A stretch of 63,075 nt of DNA, the filler included, from Olpidium bornovanus S191 (taxonomy: Eukaryota > Fungi > Olpidiomycota), in assembly GCA_017911155.1 (NCBI GenBank). It is 27 parts of 27 records of this genome, joined end to end, with 100 filler letters (N's around TTAATTAATTAA, not from the genome) between each part and the next. Parts side by side here need not be neighbours in the genome. Positions count along the whole stretch, not along the records: positions 12,167 to 13,430 come from JAEFCI010005292.1; positions 13,531 to 17,011 come from JAEFCI010010422.1; positions 17,112 to 19,602 come from JAEFCI010008761.1; positions 19,703 to 21,294 come from JAEFCI010002565.1; positions 21,395 to 22,467 come from JAEFCI010003892.1; positions 22,568 to 23,899 come from JAEFCI010006733.1; positions 24,000 to 25,303 come from JAEFCI010006138.1; 20 more parts are not named here. The stretch is one strand, 5' to 3'. The translations under genes were made by a program, and so were the position numbers. This document shows positions 12,592 through 25,400 of this stretch, piece by piece. The notes under the pieces were generated by a model. The model did no database searches and was not told where the DNA came from. It saw only the letters and a program-made list of their open reading frames with translations. Every line of letters begins with the position of its first letter. Position 1 is the first letter of the stretch.

Positions 12592-13337
12592 ATGAGGAGA
12601 TGGAGCCTGCCCAAGAATAGAGTTGTGGGCAGGCACGGCGGTGGCTCGCTTTTCACTACGGGCGGCGCGGGGGCGTTGGAGGAGGGGGTGGGGGGGTCGG
12701 GCGGGTATGTCCGCAGCAAGGTGGGTGTGTTCCCAGTCATGCCAAAAGCAACATTCTCGGAGAAATCCGCAGCATCATCCACTTAGAACTCGAGTGCCGC
12801 ACCCCCATTTCCACTCGCGGCTTCAGAACCGGTTTGTTCTCCTTCTCGGGGCACCTGCTCCAGGTAAATGACCAGGTTGTACCATTACCAGCCGCGTCTC
12901 CGTTGTTTGGGTTCCGCGACCACCTGCTGCGACGCCGTTGCGAAACACTTCCTTTTTGAGGCGAGCTCAGGGCCACTGGACAACCCCGCTTCCTCTCTGG
13001 GTTTTTTGGGTCATGTCAGTGACCGCAGCTCACGTGGCAAGCCCCCGCTGTCCCACTCAAACTTTCCGCCTCGACGCTCGCGTCCGCTGCGGCCTTCTGC
13101 CAGTCAGGTCCGCGTGTTTCTCACGAAGGCCCCGCCCATTCCTCCCGCCCTGGTCCACCGTCCAATTAGGACGGAGGCACTGGCCACTGGGGCTCCCTGA
13201 TGTGGCGGTTTTTTGCGCTTTTCCGTTTATTTTGGGCGTTGGGGGAAAAGGGGCCGTTGTTCTCGCGCGGAGAATTTTTCTTTTTCTGTGCCCTCGTAAC
13301 CAAGGTAATTTCTACGACACCTGACAAACCCCCACCT

Positions 13338-13413
<76 letters not shown>

Positions 13414-13530
13414 ACACACCCGGCGACACANNNNNNNNNNNNNNNNNNNNNNNNNNNNNNNNNNNNNNNNNNNNTTAATTAATTAANNNNNNNNNNNNNN
13501 NNNNNNNNNNNNNNNNNNNNNNNNNNNNNN

Positions 13531-15500
13531 CCCGCCGAGAGTTTCGAGACCGAGGGCGCGGACTAGTCGATGGATGTGACATTGGACGAGAGTGTGAAAC
13601 GCGAGCTTATAGCACTCGTCAATATTGTCGGTCACAACAAGGCTTCCTGGCAAGACATCCCGGAGAGTTACGCCTTGCTTCCTGGTGAGAGTCGGACCAT
13701 GAATCTTGATCCCTCCGCAGTCGCGCGCGACGAAACCTGTCGGCTCGCCGGTGGCAAGCGAAACGCGGACTAGCATGTTCTGGCCGTGGGCTTCGAGCAC
13801 AATTCCGCAGTCCCGGAGGAGGCCGAGGGCACCTGAGAACAGGATGGACGTATATCTGGGATGGCGATTACGGCGTGTTGAACACATTGGAATCCATGTT
13901 CGTTAGTCATGTTGAAGGTCGCAATGCGGCAGCCGGGGACAAAGAACTCACCTTTTTAACCAAGTCATCTTCTTGTCAACGGAGTCAAGCTCAAAAACGC
14001 GCTCAACGTGGGTGAGTCCGATCCCGCCGACTCTTTCGACGAGCGAAGCGCACACGATGACGGCTTCACCACGTTCGCGGGCACGAGCCTCGGGGTCCTC
14101 ACGAATGATGCACCCCAGGTGTTTTGCCTCGTCGAAGTCTTCTTGGGCGCCGGTGACGGACGCGACTTCCTTGGCAAGCCAGATAGCGTCGGGAAAAAGC
14201 GGCCCGAGTATGCTGGACACCTCGGGGCCAATGGTTGACGTCCACGGTGTGACAGTCCGCAGGGCAGATGTGATGCGGCAGGCCAGCGGGAACTTGAGAC
14301 AGTGTGGGAAATATACATCTCCGCTGTTCTCCGCCGGGAGCAGCGGCTTGACGGTTCGCATAGCGACCTGCGCCTCAGCCTTCAGCGCGCCATCTGAAAC
14401 GAGCCGGGCGGAGGGAAATCGCTGTAAGATCGATGGGACCTGTCTCGACAGTGCCGGGACGAGCATACGATCCACGCCGTCGTTGCTTGTGTTTTGAAAC
14501 TCGAACAGGCTAAGTGGCAGCAGCGGACGGATAGTTTCCTCGAAGGGTCCCGTAATTCTGAGATCTTGGCGTGGCAACGACAGGACTGAGATCGTCGGCC
14601 AGACAAGCGAAAAAAGATCCGATGGTGTCACCGGAGTGAGTGGCTCCTCTGCCACGCACGATTTGTGCATCTAACGATGTGCGGTTACTGGACATCGGCA
14701 TTCGTGAATCCATGGATTGCGCAACGCAGTCAACATGGGGCCCTACCGTACCGGATGAGTTGGATGACCAGTGATGACGGCCCTTTCCCAGTCCATCGCG
14801 GTAGACGTCAGGGACGGCGGTGGTATGGACCCAGAATATCTGAAGAGAAACTCTGCCGATTGTCGCGGACGCATGGATCGTCCGTCAGGCGCGAAAATTT
14901 TCGAAGCGCGGAAGAAAGGAAATGTCTTTGGAACAACGTAAAATCACCTTGATTCGCAGCGGAGCTCTCAAGTTCTTGAATTATACGCTCGACGACCGCC
15001 GGGTCCTGCACCCCCAGCCATGGTCTAATACATCTGAACAACGCCGCCGGGTGCAACTCACGCTCAATCTTCCCTGCAAAGGAGCGATGAACATAGACGG
15101 GCGCGACGAGATCATCCGGATCGACGTATGTGCCCAGGGTAGCCCAGGAGGAAGCCAGTCCGCCCGCACTGAGACTGTTCGGCCGGACCCGTACCAACAG
15201 TGCGGAACAAGCCACCAAGCGCCGCCGGCAACGGGCACTGCCTTTGGCGCGATTGGGACCAACGGTTTTGGCGACGTCATGCCGGCGCAGTGCAAGGAAG
15301 TGTTCTTGTTTGAGGTACGTGAACGCGACGAGTTCCTCGTTGACAAGACTTGCCAGCAGTCGCCTTGTGGTTTCCCAGCAAGCACGATCTTTCAATGACA
15401 GCGGTTGGTCAGGAGTCCGAAACGCCGCATGGTAGTCACTGATGCCAGGCGCCTCGTGGAGGCTGTTGACAATTACTGCCGTTGCCGAGTGCACGACCAT
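13531..15500 (-). CDS. IucA/IucC-family NRPS-independent siderophore (NIS) synthetase, 3'-truncated, at least 3 introns
   Basis: Spliced product has ELESSAANQE, WERAVITGHPTHPMHKSC, LKFPLACRITSALRTVTPW, EAHGQNMLVR and FVARDCGGIKIH. Phase-consistent introns at 14853-14947, 14671-14751 and 13856-13952. Start codon uncertain. Confidence 0.9.
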
Positions 15501-17111
15501 CGCTAGAGGCCAACATCGTCGTTGGCGCGCAGTGGCGTGAACCAAGCATGGGCGAACCAGCGCTGCCGTGAGCAGATAAGCCGATATGTTTACATGTCGC
15601 GCTTCTCCCGCCGGCTGTCCCAATCATCCTCTGCCTCGTGTCCCTCCCGCCCGCGCCCTCCCCCCCCCGCCCTACCCACTCTCCCACGCTCCCTCGCGGT
15701 TTCCTGCCAACAAGTGTTCTCATAATCCATTTCGGTCGCGCCGCGCTCGCAACCCGTCGGTGGCGGTAGCTCGTGCGCGGCAGACGCCGGCGAAACGGAC
15801 AGGCCAGCCGCCGCCGCGCGCCGCCGCCCGACAACGCGTGGCGCCCCAGAAAAAGGTGGCCGCCGGTCGGTCGGCAACGCCGGGGAGAGACGAAGGTCTC
15901 CCCGGCCGCCGCCACTTTGCACGTCGACCTGCCTTTTCGGTGAACGCAATGGTTTCGAACCCGTGTTCTCACCTGGTATTGAAGGCGCGAACGTTCAGTT
16001 AAGACAACCCCTCAGGGCTTCAGCCACGAAACAAGCTGCATGCGCGTTATGTGGGCGGGATGGAAGCTCCGGTGGGAAAGCGGTGGATGAACCGGCGAGA
16101 ATTTCCTTTTTTTAAAGTGAAGAGGAACGTGAATAGGAAGGTGTTTTGCCAATTTTATCAGATTTTCCAGAAAATTTCCCGTTGAGCCGTTCCTCCGAGC
16201 GATCTTTTTATCAGATCCTCCCAACCAATTGTGCTACAAAACGGCCCTTGGTGAACCTAGAGCCACGAGCGTATGAGCGCTTGAAACGGCGTTCGATTGT
16301 CACTTCGTTTTGGTTTACGCACGGTTGTGAGCTATCTGTGGCCTACGGGGAAGGACCGGGGTGACCTATACACTTGTATTCCATAGGCCCTGGTGAGACC
16401 ACTTCACCATCATCGCCGGTCCATTCCATCCCTTTCTTGTAAAAACGCTCAACATGAATGCGTCATGTTACATAGACCGTCATTGTCCATGCTGTATTTC
16501 GGTGGCATATGGCTGGCAGCCAACCGCAGAACTCTGTCTTCCGAGGAGGAGACGATTCAGGGTTTGCAATATGCACCGGCGAACCTTTGCCCTGTTGTGA
16601 ATTTTCTTTGGCTTGCCCCAGAAAGTATCCGTCTATTTTTTGTGTATCCAGCTGTGCCGTGTACTCCCTCGGAGCAGAAAGCTGAGGAATCAGCTTTATT
16701 GATGTCATCATGTCGCAGCATTCCAGGGAAATCAATTCTTTCAGTCTTCCCAGGAGGAGAACGAGATAGTTTAATTGTTTGTGCCATGCGTTATTGATAG
16801 CTTTGCCCCCAGTTGGAATTAACATTGGAACTTGTTCAGAGGGCTTCTTTCTTTCCTTGAGACCGATTGTCCTACAGTATCCCACTGTTGACATGACTCC
16901 AGTGCAGTCAGAATTAAGAGCGAACGCAGCAATGTGTTGCGCTCCAATTAAAGAGCCTGCTGTAAATATGCTTGTTGCAGAACTAGTAAGCTGGCCTAGC
17001 CTAAAACAACGNNNNNNNNNNNNNNNNNNNNNNNNNNNNNNNNNNNNNNNNNNNNTTAATTAATTAANNNNNNNNNNNNNNNNNNNNNNNNNNNNNNNNN
17101 NNNNNNNNNNN

Positions 17112-18484
17112 CATGTTGGCACTGGGCTTGATGGAAATGCCACCGCTGTCGAACGTGACGCCCTTTCCCACAAGGGCGAGAGGCGATCCATCGCCGCCGC
17201 CGCCGCCGCCGCCTCTGTACCGAATCTCGACAAAGCGTGGCGGCCGCGTGGACCCCGCGGCCACAGAGAGGAGCAGGCGCATGTTTCGCTCGCGGATCCA
17301 GGTCTCGTCGCGCACGAAGACTTCCACGCCCTGCAGGCCGCCGACGGCCTTCGCGACCGTCTCGGCGAAAAGCTCCGGCGTCGCGAGGTTCGAAGGCATT
17401 TCCGTAATCCGACGCGCGAAGTTCTGGGCTTCGGCATACAACATACCCGTGCGCCAGCTGGGACCGTCGGCGGCGCGGAGCGGGCCCGCCGAGACCTGGC
17501 TGCTCGGTTGTTTTGATTTGAGCTCGTCGAAAGTATACAACCCCAAACCAACGCCCTCCCCAGCGGCTAAACGACGGCGGTGATGGATAATTCGCAAAAC
17601 GTTTCACTTAGTAGTTTGCCGGGGCTTCTGCTGGGCATATAACGCTGCAAAAGCAAGTTTAAAAAAAAACCATACAGTGCGGGCAGCCCAAGGGATCCAC
17701 AAGCACGTTTCTTGCTTTGTGCTCACGAAGCGCTCGAACGCCAGCGGACGCCTGGTGAACGCAAATGGGGCGCGTCCGTTCCAGCAAACGTGTCCCAGGT
17801 GTACCGTGTCCTACGTGATCTGCAACCCGCCATAGCTTATCCCGACAAACTCACGGCTTTCCGGATCGCTTCTCGGACGCCAGGGGAAACGTCACCGGGA
17901 GCAGGTCGCCTTCCGAGTCCGACAACCGCGACTTTGCCCGCGGCGCCTTGTCCGAGCTCGTACACCACGCTGACTTTGCCGGCGCCGCCCCTGATCCCCA
18001 AGCGGCATTCCGCCGCCGCGCCGCTGAGCTTGGCCGCCAGTTCCGGGTACTCCTCGTAGAGGCTGTCGTTCGCCAGCTCGCAGGGGCGGTCGGCGTCGTC
18101 CTCGCCAGGCGAGCCGGAGGAGGACTCGTACACGCCGACGACGATGGCGTCGGGGACGTCGTCTCCGTTCGCCGCGCCCGACGCGAGGAAGCGCCGGGCC
18201 CACGTTGCCCCGCACCTCGGCCGAGCGAGAACGCCGAACGGCGCCGAGTCCTGCGGGCTCGTCCGGCGGCCAGGCGCGCCGGCGACGCGACCGGAGGCGT
18301 GGGTCGAAAGCCCGGCGTCGAGACCGTGGCGGTGCACCGCTCCGAGCGTCTGCCTCCCCCTCGGGAAAGGGCCCGCATGCCGTGCGGGCCGGCCGTGAGC
18401 AGCACAAGCAGCAGCAGCAGCCGCCGCCGTGCCGGCGCGCGAAGGCGGCAGCGGCGGACGGGCGAGGGTCACCGCGGACCACAT
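17112..18484 (-). CDS. Cytosol/leucyl aminopeptidase, M17 family, N-terminal half (3'-truncated)
   Basis: Motifs AEAQNFARRITEMPSN, LLSVAAGS and LVGKGVTFDSGGISIKPS; spliced middle exon AGVRALREHKARNVLVDP. The Arg/Ala-rich N-terminus may be a mitochondrial presequence. Confidence 0.92.
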
Positions 18485-20264
18485 CTTGGCCGGGGTCAGG
18501 GCGCTTTGGGCCGCTGGTTTCGCTCGGCGGCCTCGAAACGCCGGTTTGCAGGCGCCGGTTTATTTTTTTTTTCCCGCCCCGTTCGAAGATCAAAAAGAGC
18601 ACCAAATAGCGCATGGTCAAAAACACTTGCTCTGAAGGGAATTTCCCGGGCGTCCGTCCCGCACGGGCGAATTACGGACATCCTCTTCTGCTCCGGTTAG
18701 TCACGGACAACCCCCCCGCAAGGGCCTCGACGGGAGAAAGGTTTCGGCTGGCCTCTGTGACAGCAGCAGTGCACTCTCGCTTTCGGCGGGATTCTACTAC
18801 TTCCAGGTCACCGTTGAACATATCTCTCTCTAGGTGAATCGTCGGTCAAAAGCTTCGGAAAGCGCCTGAGATTAAGTCTTCGGTCACACTCTTCCAGAGG
18901 GTCGACGAGGGCGGAATACTGCTTTGCTCGTCCCCCATCGCACAACACCCACTTCGCCTTGCCTCTCCCACATAGGCCCACAAAGCGGCGGATCGTAGAG
19001 GATCCATTTTGGGCCTAGCGCTAGATTCAATAAAAAAAAGGTCACGGAGGGACGTTAAGCAGACGAGCTTTCAGACTGAAGGGAAACTTGAATTGTCCTT
19101 GACAATTGGAGTAAACCGGAGAGTTGGATTGTGCGTTAGTCAGACACGTCGTGTGAATAGTGGAATTATCCTTGTGCAGTTTGCCGAACGCTGCCTCGGG
19201 TGTGAATTCGGAATTTAGAATTCCACCCGAAAGTTCCGATCTCTAATGCAAGTACCACCATTTCCAAAACTGTGACGCCGGCAACGAAATTAATATCCGA
19301 CGTGTCAGTACTCTGAAAAAAATTCCGATGCGTTTCAATAAGCCGCTTTTCCCGGCCGGCATTCGAGTGGCTCCGCGCCCTCGTGGGGATGGACACAGCT
19401 CCGGTTGACCGCGAAGTGACGGTGATGTGTTGGAAGACACGGATATTTTTTTAAGGGGGGCGCTTTTCTGCAGTTTCTCTACCTTTCTTACTACGTACTA
19501 CTCAGCGAGGTAAGGCGTTGGGGCGTAGCGCTCTGTACATGTAGCACCTCTAAATGGTCACTAAATGGTCACGAAGAGCTAGACCAGGAAGGATTACCCC
19601 CCNNNNNNNNNNNNNNNNNNNNNNNNNNNNNNNNNNNNNNNNNNNNTTAATTAATTAANNNNNNNNNNNNNNNNNNNNNNNNNNNNNNNNNNNNNNNNNN
19701 NNCATGACCAGGTCTTGAAGACCAAACAGAAGTCCCTGTAACGCCCAAATCTGACCGTTCCGGAACAACGCGTAATGCAAAACAACACCTCGATACTGTC
19801 AGCACGCCCACTGCAACTCTTTCCTGCGTGTCGCTATGGGTAGAGAGGGAGAAACCGCACAATTCCCCCCTTCCCCCCTTCCTTTCCACTCCCAGTTCTG
19901 GGAGCAAGAAAGGCGTTGTTTCCGCTTGACTGGAGCAGGCCCCGCACCGGGCGCCTGCAGCCTTCGGGTGAAGAGCGTGCGCGGGCGATGCCGAGACAGG
20001 CGGCGCCTCTCCGGGTCCCCTGCCCGCCAGTGCTTTTTGGCTTTTTTTTTTTTTTATCCATCTTGTTTTATTTTAAGGTTTTTGATTTTTTTTTTTTTTT
20101 TTTTTTTTTTTAAAGTCCCCGCCGGCTCGCCAGTGTTTCCGCCGGGCCTCTCTCGTCCGTCCTTTCCCCCCGCCCGGCCCGCCCCGCCCCGCGCTCCCCC
20201 CCCCGCCGCCCCCCGTCTCCCCGCTGCAAACCCGCCGTCCCCTCCCCCGCCAGATCCGACAGGG

Positions 20265-21294
20265 ATGACAGCCGCCGCAGCCGTCTCGGCCGACGACCTG
20301 GACCTGTCTTTCGAGACTGTTCTGTTTGGTGCGGGCGAGAAGGGGGGCGGCGAGGACGCTCCGCCGCGCGCTTCCAGTTCTTCCGCTTCCGCCGCTGCGT
20401 TCTCGCCCGCGGGAGGGGACGGGGGGGTTGAACACGCGGGCGACGCAGCCAATGCGAACCGGAGGCGCTTCTCCGCCGGGGCGGTCAGGAGTCAGCCCCA
20501 CCACCCCCAGCAGCAGCAAGACGGAGGCGGTGGAGGAGTAGTCGGGCCTGGCCGGCCGCGGAACAACCGGAACCCGAGGCACAGCTTCAGCGGGTGCGTC
20601 GGCCCCACCGCCAACCAGAGGGTGGGTACGGCATGAAAAAAAAAAAGTGTGACCGGTTAGCAGTGGCCTGCCTGCCTGCCTCCCTAGCCTCCCAAATCTC
20701 CGACCCAGCAGGCGGCAGAAACACGTCCTCCGTCCTCCTCCTCCTTCCCCCCCCCCCCCCCCCCCCCCGCCTGCCCCCCCCCCACCCACCCAGAGGCACT
20801 GGCCACTACGGCTTCAGCACGTTTCTCTGACGTTCCCTCATCACCTCCCACCGCGGTTGGCTTTTACAGAAACGTCATGACAAGGAGCCGAGCCCGAACG
20901 ACTCGGCGGCCGACGGGTTCATTGCGCCGGGAGAAGTTGTGCCCACCGCGCTTGTGATCAAAAACATTGCATTTGCCGTCAAGAGGGATCAGTTTCTCAG
21001 CATGATGGTGCGCCCGCGTTTGCCAAGGGCGGGGATCTTCACTTCATTTAGGCCCTAAAGGCTCGCGTGTTCCCGGGAGCGGTTTTTTGGGGGTACGAAA
21101 GCCTTTTAGCTCACCCGTGCGACGCGTTTTTCCTTTTCCGGCGGCTCCCGCCGCATCCTCAGGAAGAGGAAGGTATCTCGAAACCGTACGCCTTCAACTA
21201 CCACTACGACAACGGCGTGTTCCGTGGGCTGGCTTTCGCCAACTACACGACGCCGGAGGAAACGGACGCGGTGCTGAACCGGCTCAACGGCATG
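20265..21294 (+). CDS. PIN4: Pin4/Cip2-like RRM RNA-binding protein, N-terminal part
   Basis: Spliced exons give PTALVIKNIAFAVKRDQF...PYAFNYHYDNGVFRGLAFANY, the characteristic Pin4/Cip1/Cip2 RRM. ATG at 20265. Confidence 0.85.
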
Positions 21295-21848
21295 NNNNNN
21301 NNNNNNNNNNNNNNNNNNNNNNNNNNNNNNNNNNNNNNTTAATTAATTAANNNNNNNNNNNNNNNNNNNNNNNNNNNNNNNNNNNNNNNNNNNNCATGGG
21401 GTCACATTTCCAAATATTCCGACCCAACGTTTGATTTCGGTTGGCTCTGCGAGCTTAGTTTTGACGATTTGGGCCGCCCACGCCGATGCTTAATCTCGCT
21501 TTTTGAAGAAAATATTTTGGATCCTCTGACATTCTACACTGTGGCGTCCTATGCACAGGGGCACATACTGAACGTCCCGTCCGTTTCCTGGCGCAATTTG
21601 CCGCAACCGACCAATAACCGAGCAGTGCTGATCACAGTTAATGGCGCGAACGACAGTATGTGCAGCGAGTAGCTAGAGCTCGACAATTCCTGTTTCCGGA
21701 CAGTCGTAGCTGGCGAATCAGCCGGATGGGAGGAGGGGAAAGTGGGGGCCTTTCCGGCAATGTAGGCGTTTTGTGCAGGCACGTCATGGAAGTAAGGCAC
21801 CGGTCAGCTCAATTGAATTTTTTTAATTGCGGCGGCAGACGAAAAAAC

Positions 21849-21879
<31 letters not shown>

Positions 21880-22414
21880 AAAGAAAGAAATAACGAGATA
21901 AAACAAAACACACCTTAGTCGCGCCGCGACAATGTTTAGGCCCTGCCGGCTACAACCGGTCTTAGGGGCCTGTCGCAGGGCGAGAGCGGTTTTAACACTC
22001 CCGGGCGACCTCCAGGGGATTGCGGGCGGCCGGCGCACCCGCCGGACAAAGGACCGCACCGGGTCAGCTCGTCGACTCGTCGACGAAGAGAGTGAAAATA
22101 TGCCGTACGAGTGGCGTGCCGGGGGGTTTTCTTTTCTGTTTTCTTTTTTTTTTTGTTTTTTTGCTCTGCCCTTGGGTGGACGGGCGTGGCCCCCGTAGCG
22201 CGGGGGAAAAAGAGAGGCGAGGTGGAGGGGAGGGGAAGGGGGGGGGTGGTTGTCGGCGAGTGAGAGAGAGTGCGGGTTTTGGCGAAGTCTTGAGGGGAAC
22301 GCGTAATAGGCGCGCGTTTTGAAAAAACGCGTTATAAAGCGCCGCGTTGTGTGGGGGATGTGGGTCTGGGGAAGGAGGAGATTTTCGGCGGGGTGCGGAC
22401 GCTATTTATACCCG

Positions 22415-22467
<53 letters not shown>

Positions 22468-25400
22468 NNNNNNNNNNNNNNNNNNNNNNNNNNNNNNNNN
22501 NNNNNNNNNNNTTAATTAATTAANNNNNNNNNNNNNNNNNNNNNNNNNNNNNNNNNNNNNNNNNNNNCATGATCGCCGTACATAATTGCGAATCCCGCCT
22601 ACCTGTGACATCTGGCCGCACAGAGCGCTAAACGGCAAGTCATTGGCGGTGGTGTTGTTGTCGCGGCCGCCCCCGTCTATGCCGGCGGCGGGACCGCCAT
22701 CTCGACGTCGTCGCCGGAACTGACTCTTCAACATTGCTCCTCCCCGATCGCCGCGACGACGCGGCCGTCGTCAACATCTCACCGAGCGCCACTCTTCAGC
22801 TTCAACTTCGCCAGTCCCGCAGCCGCATTTTCCCCAGTACCCCGACTGGCATGTCAGGCCACTTCATGTCAGTTCTCCTCTCGATGGCACACCCGCTAAC
22901 CCAAGCGGAACTGAACAAGTCCAAGAAGCACCGGCATAGTCGCTCGCCTGTTCGTTCCGGGCATGCAAGGGCGAAGGCGTTGAACTCTCGTTTCTGAAGG
23001 CTCGGCGGAAACAAGCTGCGTGACTCTGGCAGAGCCGCAGATGCTAATGGAACCGTTTTTGGGACGACTACTGACTTCGTTCGCCAACATCCAAAAATCC
23101 CCGAAACCAGGAGGCCTCGACGTCGCCGGCCTCCCCGACGGCCGCAGCCCCGTTCTGCCTTCCCCGTCACTCCCGCCGGTCCCGCTGCCGTTGCTTGTAT
23201 CGGTGGGCGTATCGGTGGGCGTATTTGTGGGCGCCGGCGCCGCGCCCGTAATTGTTCCCGCCGTCGCCGCCGACAGACTGCCGAAGAACGAAGTTGAAAC
23301 GTAATGTTTGGTAAACGCCCTAGATCAAACAACAGAAGCCCCCGAAGTGCCCATTCCGGGGTGAGGTCGCCATTATGGGTGGCTAAAAGGTAGAAGTCGC
23401 AAATATAACGCAAACACCGCGGTCAGTCCCTCCCTGTGGCTATTAGGGCCGCCCGCCTGTCTTGTGCTGCTTGCCTTAGCCGTTCGCAAAATCCCTTTTT
23501 TGCGAGGTAGGCGACCACCACCGGTGGCAGTCCCTCCGCCGGCGCCGACGTGGTCGCCGAGTTGTTTCTGGGCAGCGAGATGCCCCTGCCACACGCCACG
23601 ATTTAACCTGGCACGTAATTCCTCATCTTCGCAGAGCCTTTTGAGGAACGCTGCGCACTTGTCGGTTGTCATCCTAGCCCAGCAACGATAGCTGGCCGCC
23701 CGGCCGCCGGCCGTTTTGGATTATAAGCACACTGGGTCCCACGAGCGAGGCGGGATCGCAATTGAAGCGGATTTTGACCATGAGCAGACTTGGCTCCTTT
23801 TCCTCCTGCCTCCGTTGACAATTAGTTGTTCAATGAGCAACCGGCTCACGTTCTGCATACCCGCGCGTGCGTCCTCGATTATAACCACTGATGTAGGCGN
23901 NNNNNNNNNNNNNNNNNNNNNNNNNNNNNNNNNNNNNNNNNNNTTAATTAATTAANNNNNNNNNNNNNNNNNNNNNNNNNNNNNNNNNNNNNNNNNNNNA
24001 GCTACTGCGGATCAAACCGAACGTGCGGATCAAACCGACCGAGTCTAAGGAAACTACGTCAACAATGGGACACAGTTACGGAAAGCTCGTCCGAAAAATC
24101 ACGACATTCGGGTAGGAGCCACCGTCGGCACAACGCCCGCGCCTGTTCGCGCTCGGTTAAGCGGCGCTGCGCCTCGCGGCTGAAGTGGCAGAGGTGTCGA
24201 CGGAGCGAAGGGGGTGAGTCAACGGCGACGAGCCGGCAGCTGATCGGGCAGATGCAGCAAGCTCGGCCGGCACGGCTATTCACGCGGACCTCGCGGAACA
24301 CGCAAACGGAACCAGAGCTGGAGGGCAAAGGACAGCCGGGCAGGCAGGGCTGCGACCGACGGCAGATCGAAACCGCATTGGGTGGCCGGGCAAACCCGAG
24401 CGGCCCACGGGCGAGACAGAAGGAGCGGGGGCGGACAGAATGCGCCCGGGCGACTTAAACCGGGGCAACCGCGTGCCCTTTGGAAGATCGAAATTGAAGA
24501 TTCAGCGAAGCGAGCGCGGCCTAATTTATTGGCGTCAAGACCAGGATTATGCGCAGCGCCGCCACAAAGCAACCTGACATCGGAAACCCTCGCCATCCTG
24601 GGCGAGAGGCGCCAGCAAGTGGAACCTGCTGCGTTTAACGTGACCGTGCTGCCGGTGGCGGAAGGTACGACTGAAGAGACCAACGTGGGGGGAATACCCG
24701 ATGAAGCGGCTGCGGAAGAAAAGAAAGCGATCGAGGCAGGGGATGGAGCGCTCGCGCCCAAACTACCGGCAGACATCGCGAGAACGCCATGGCGTCTGTG
24801 GGCAGAGCATTTCCGCGCACAGCGAGCCCACCACTCTCAATCAGAGGTTGAACGGGCGGCAGAGCCGCTGACAGGCATCGAAAGGGTCGTCGTGGAGTTT
24901 AATGAAGCAGTGGCGAGCTGCGCAACGATGACGAGCGATGGTAACAGGGCACATTGTTTGACAGCCGACCACGAACGAAATTAGCAAGCGCGGTGTCAAC
25001 GGAAGTAGGGGGACACACACTGCTGCCGCAACGATGGATGCGAGCGCGGACCGGTCAAGCCATGACGTAACCCCCGGCAGAGACGAGCACGGCTTTCAGA
25101 ACCGCAAAAGTCGACGGGACAACTGACGACTCAACGCCGGTCAGCGCAGACATTGACTCCAGCAAACGGCGAGGGAACAGCGTGCCAGAGCTGTCAAAGT
25201 CTACAAAGATTAGTTCACGCGCCTGCAGGATTGAGGACGAGCGAGATTGAACACGCTGATTGGAACGGTGCACGAGGCCGTACATGAGATGATCATGGCA
25301 GCGNNNNNNNNNNNNNNNNNNNNNNNNNNNNNNNNNNNNNNNNNNNNTTAATTAATTAANNNNNNNNNNNNNNNNNNNNNNNNNNNNNNNNNNNNNNNNN

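Noticed and set aside
9045-17011. Apparent gene neighbourhoods across contigs (e.g. siderophore synthetase near adenylate cyclase or aminopeptidase)
   Set aside because: Separated by artificial spacers; no synteny or cluster can be inferred.
21395-23899. ORFs in the two contigs at 21395-22467 and 22568-23899
   Set aside because: No consistent splice model or recognisable motif on either strand.
24000-25303. Possible LINE reverse transcriptase (IFVDF-like motif) and 200-aa ORF 24382-24984
   Set aside because: Only a 5-residue resemblance and no other RT motifs. May be a decayed element but cannot be supported.
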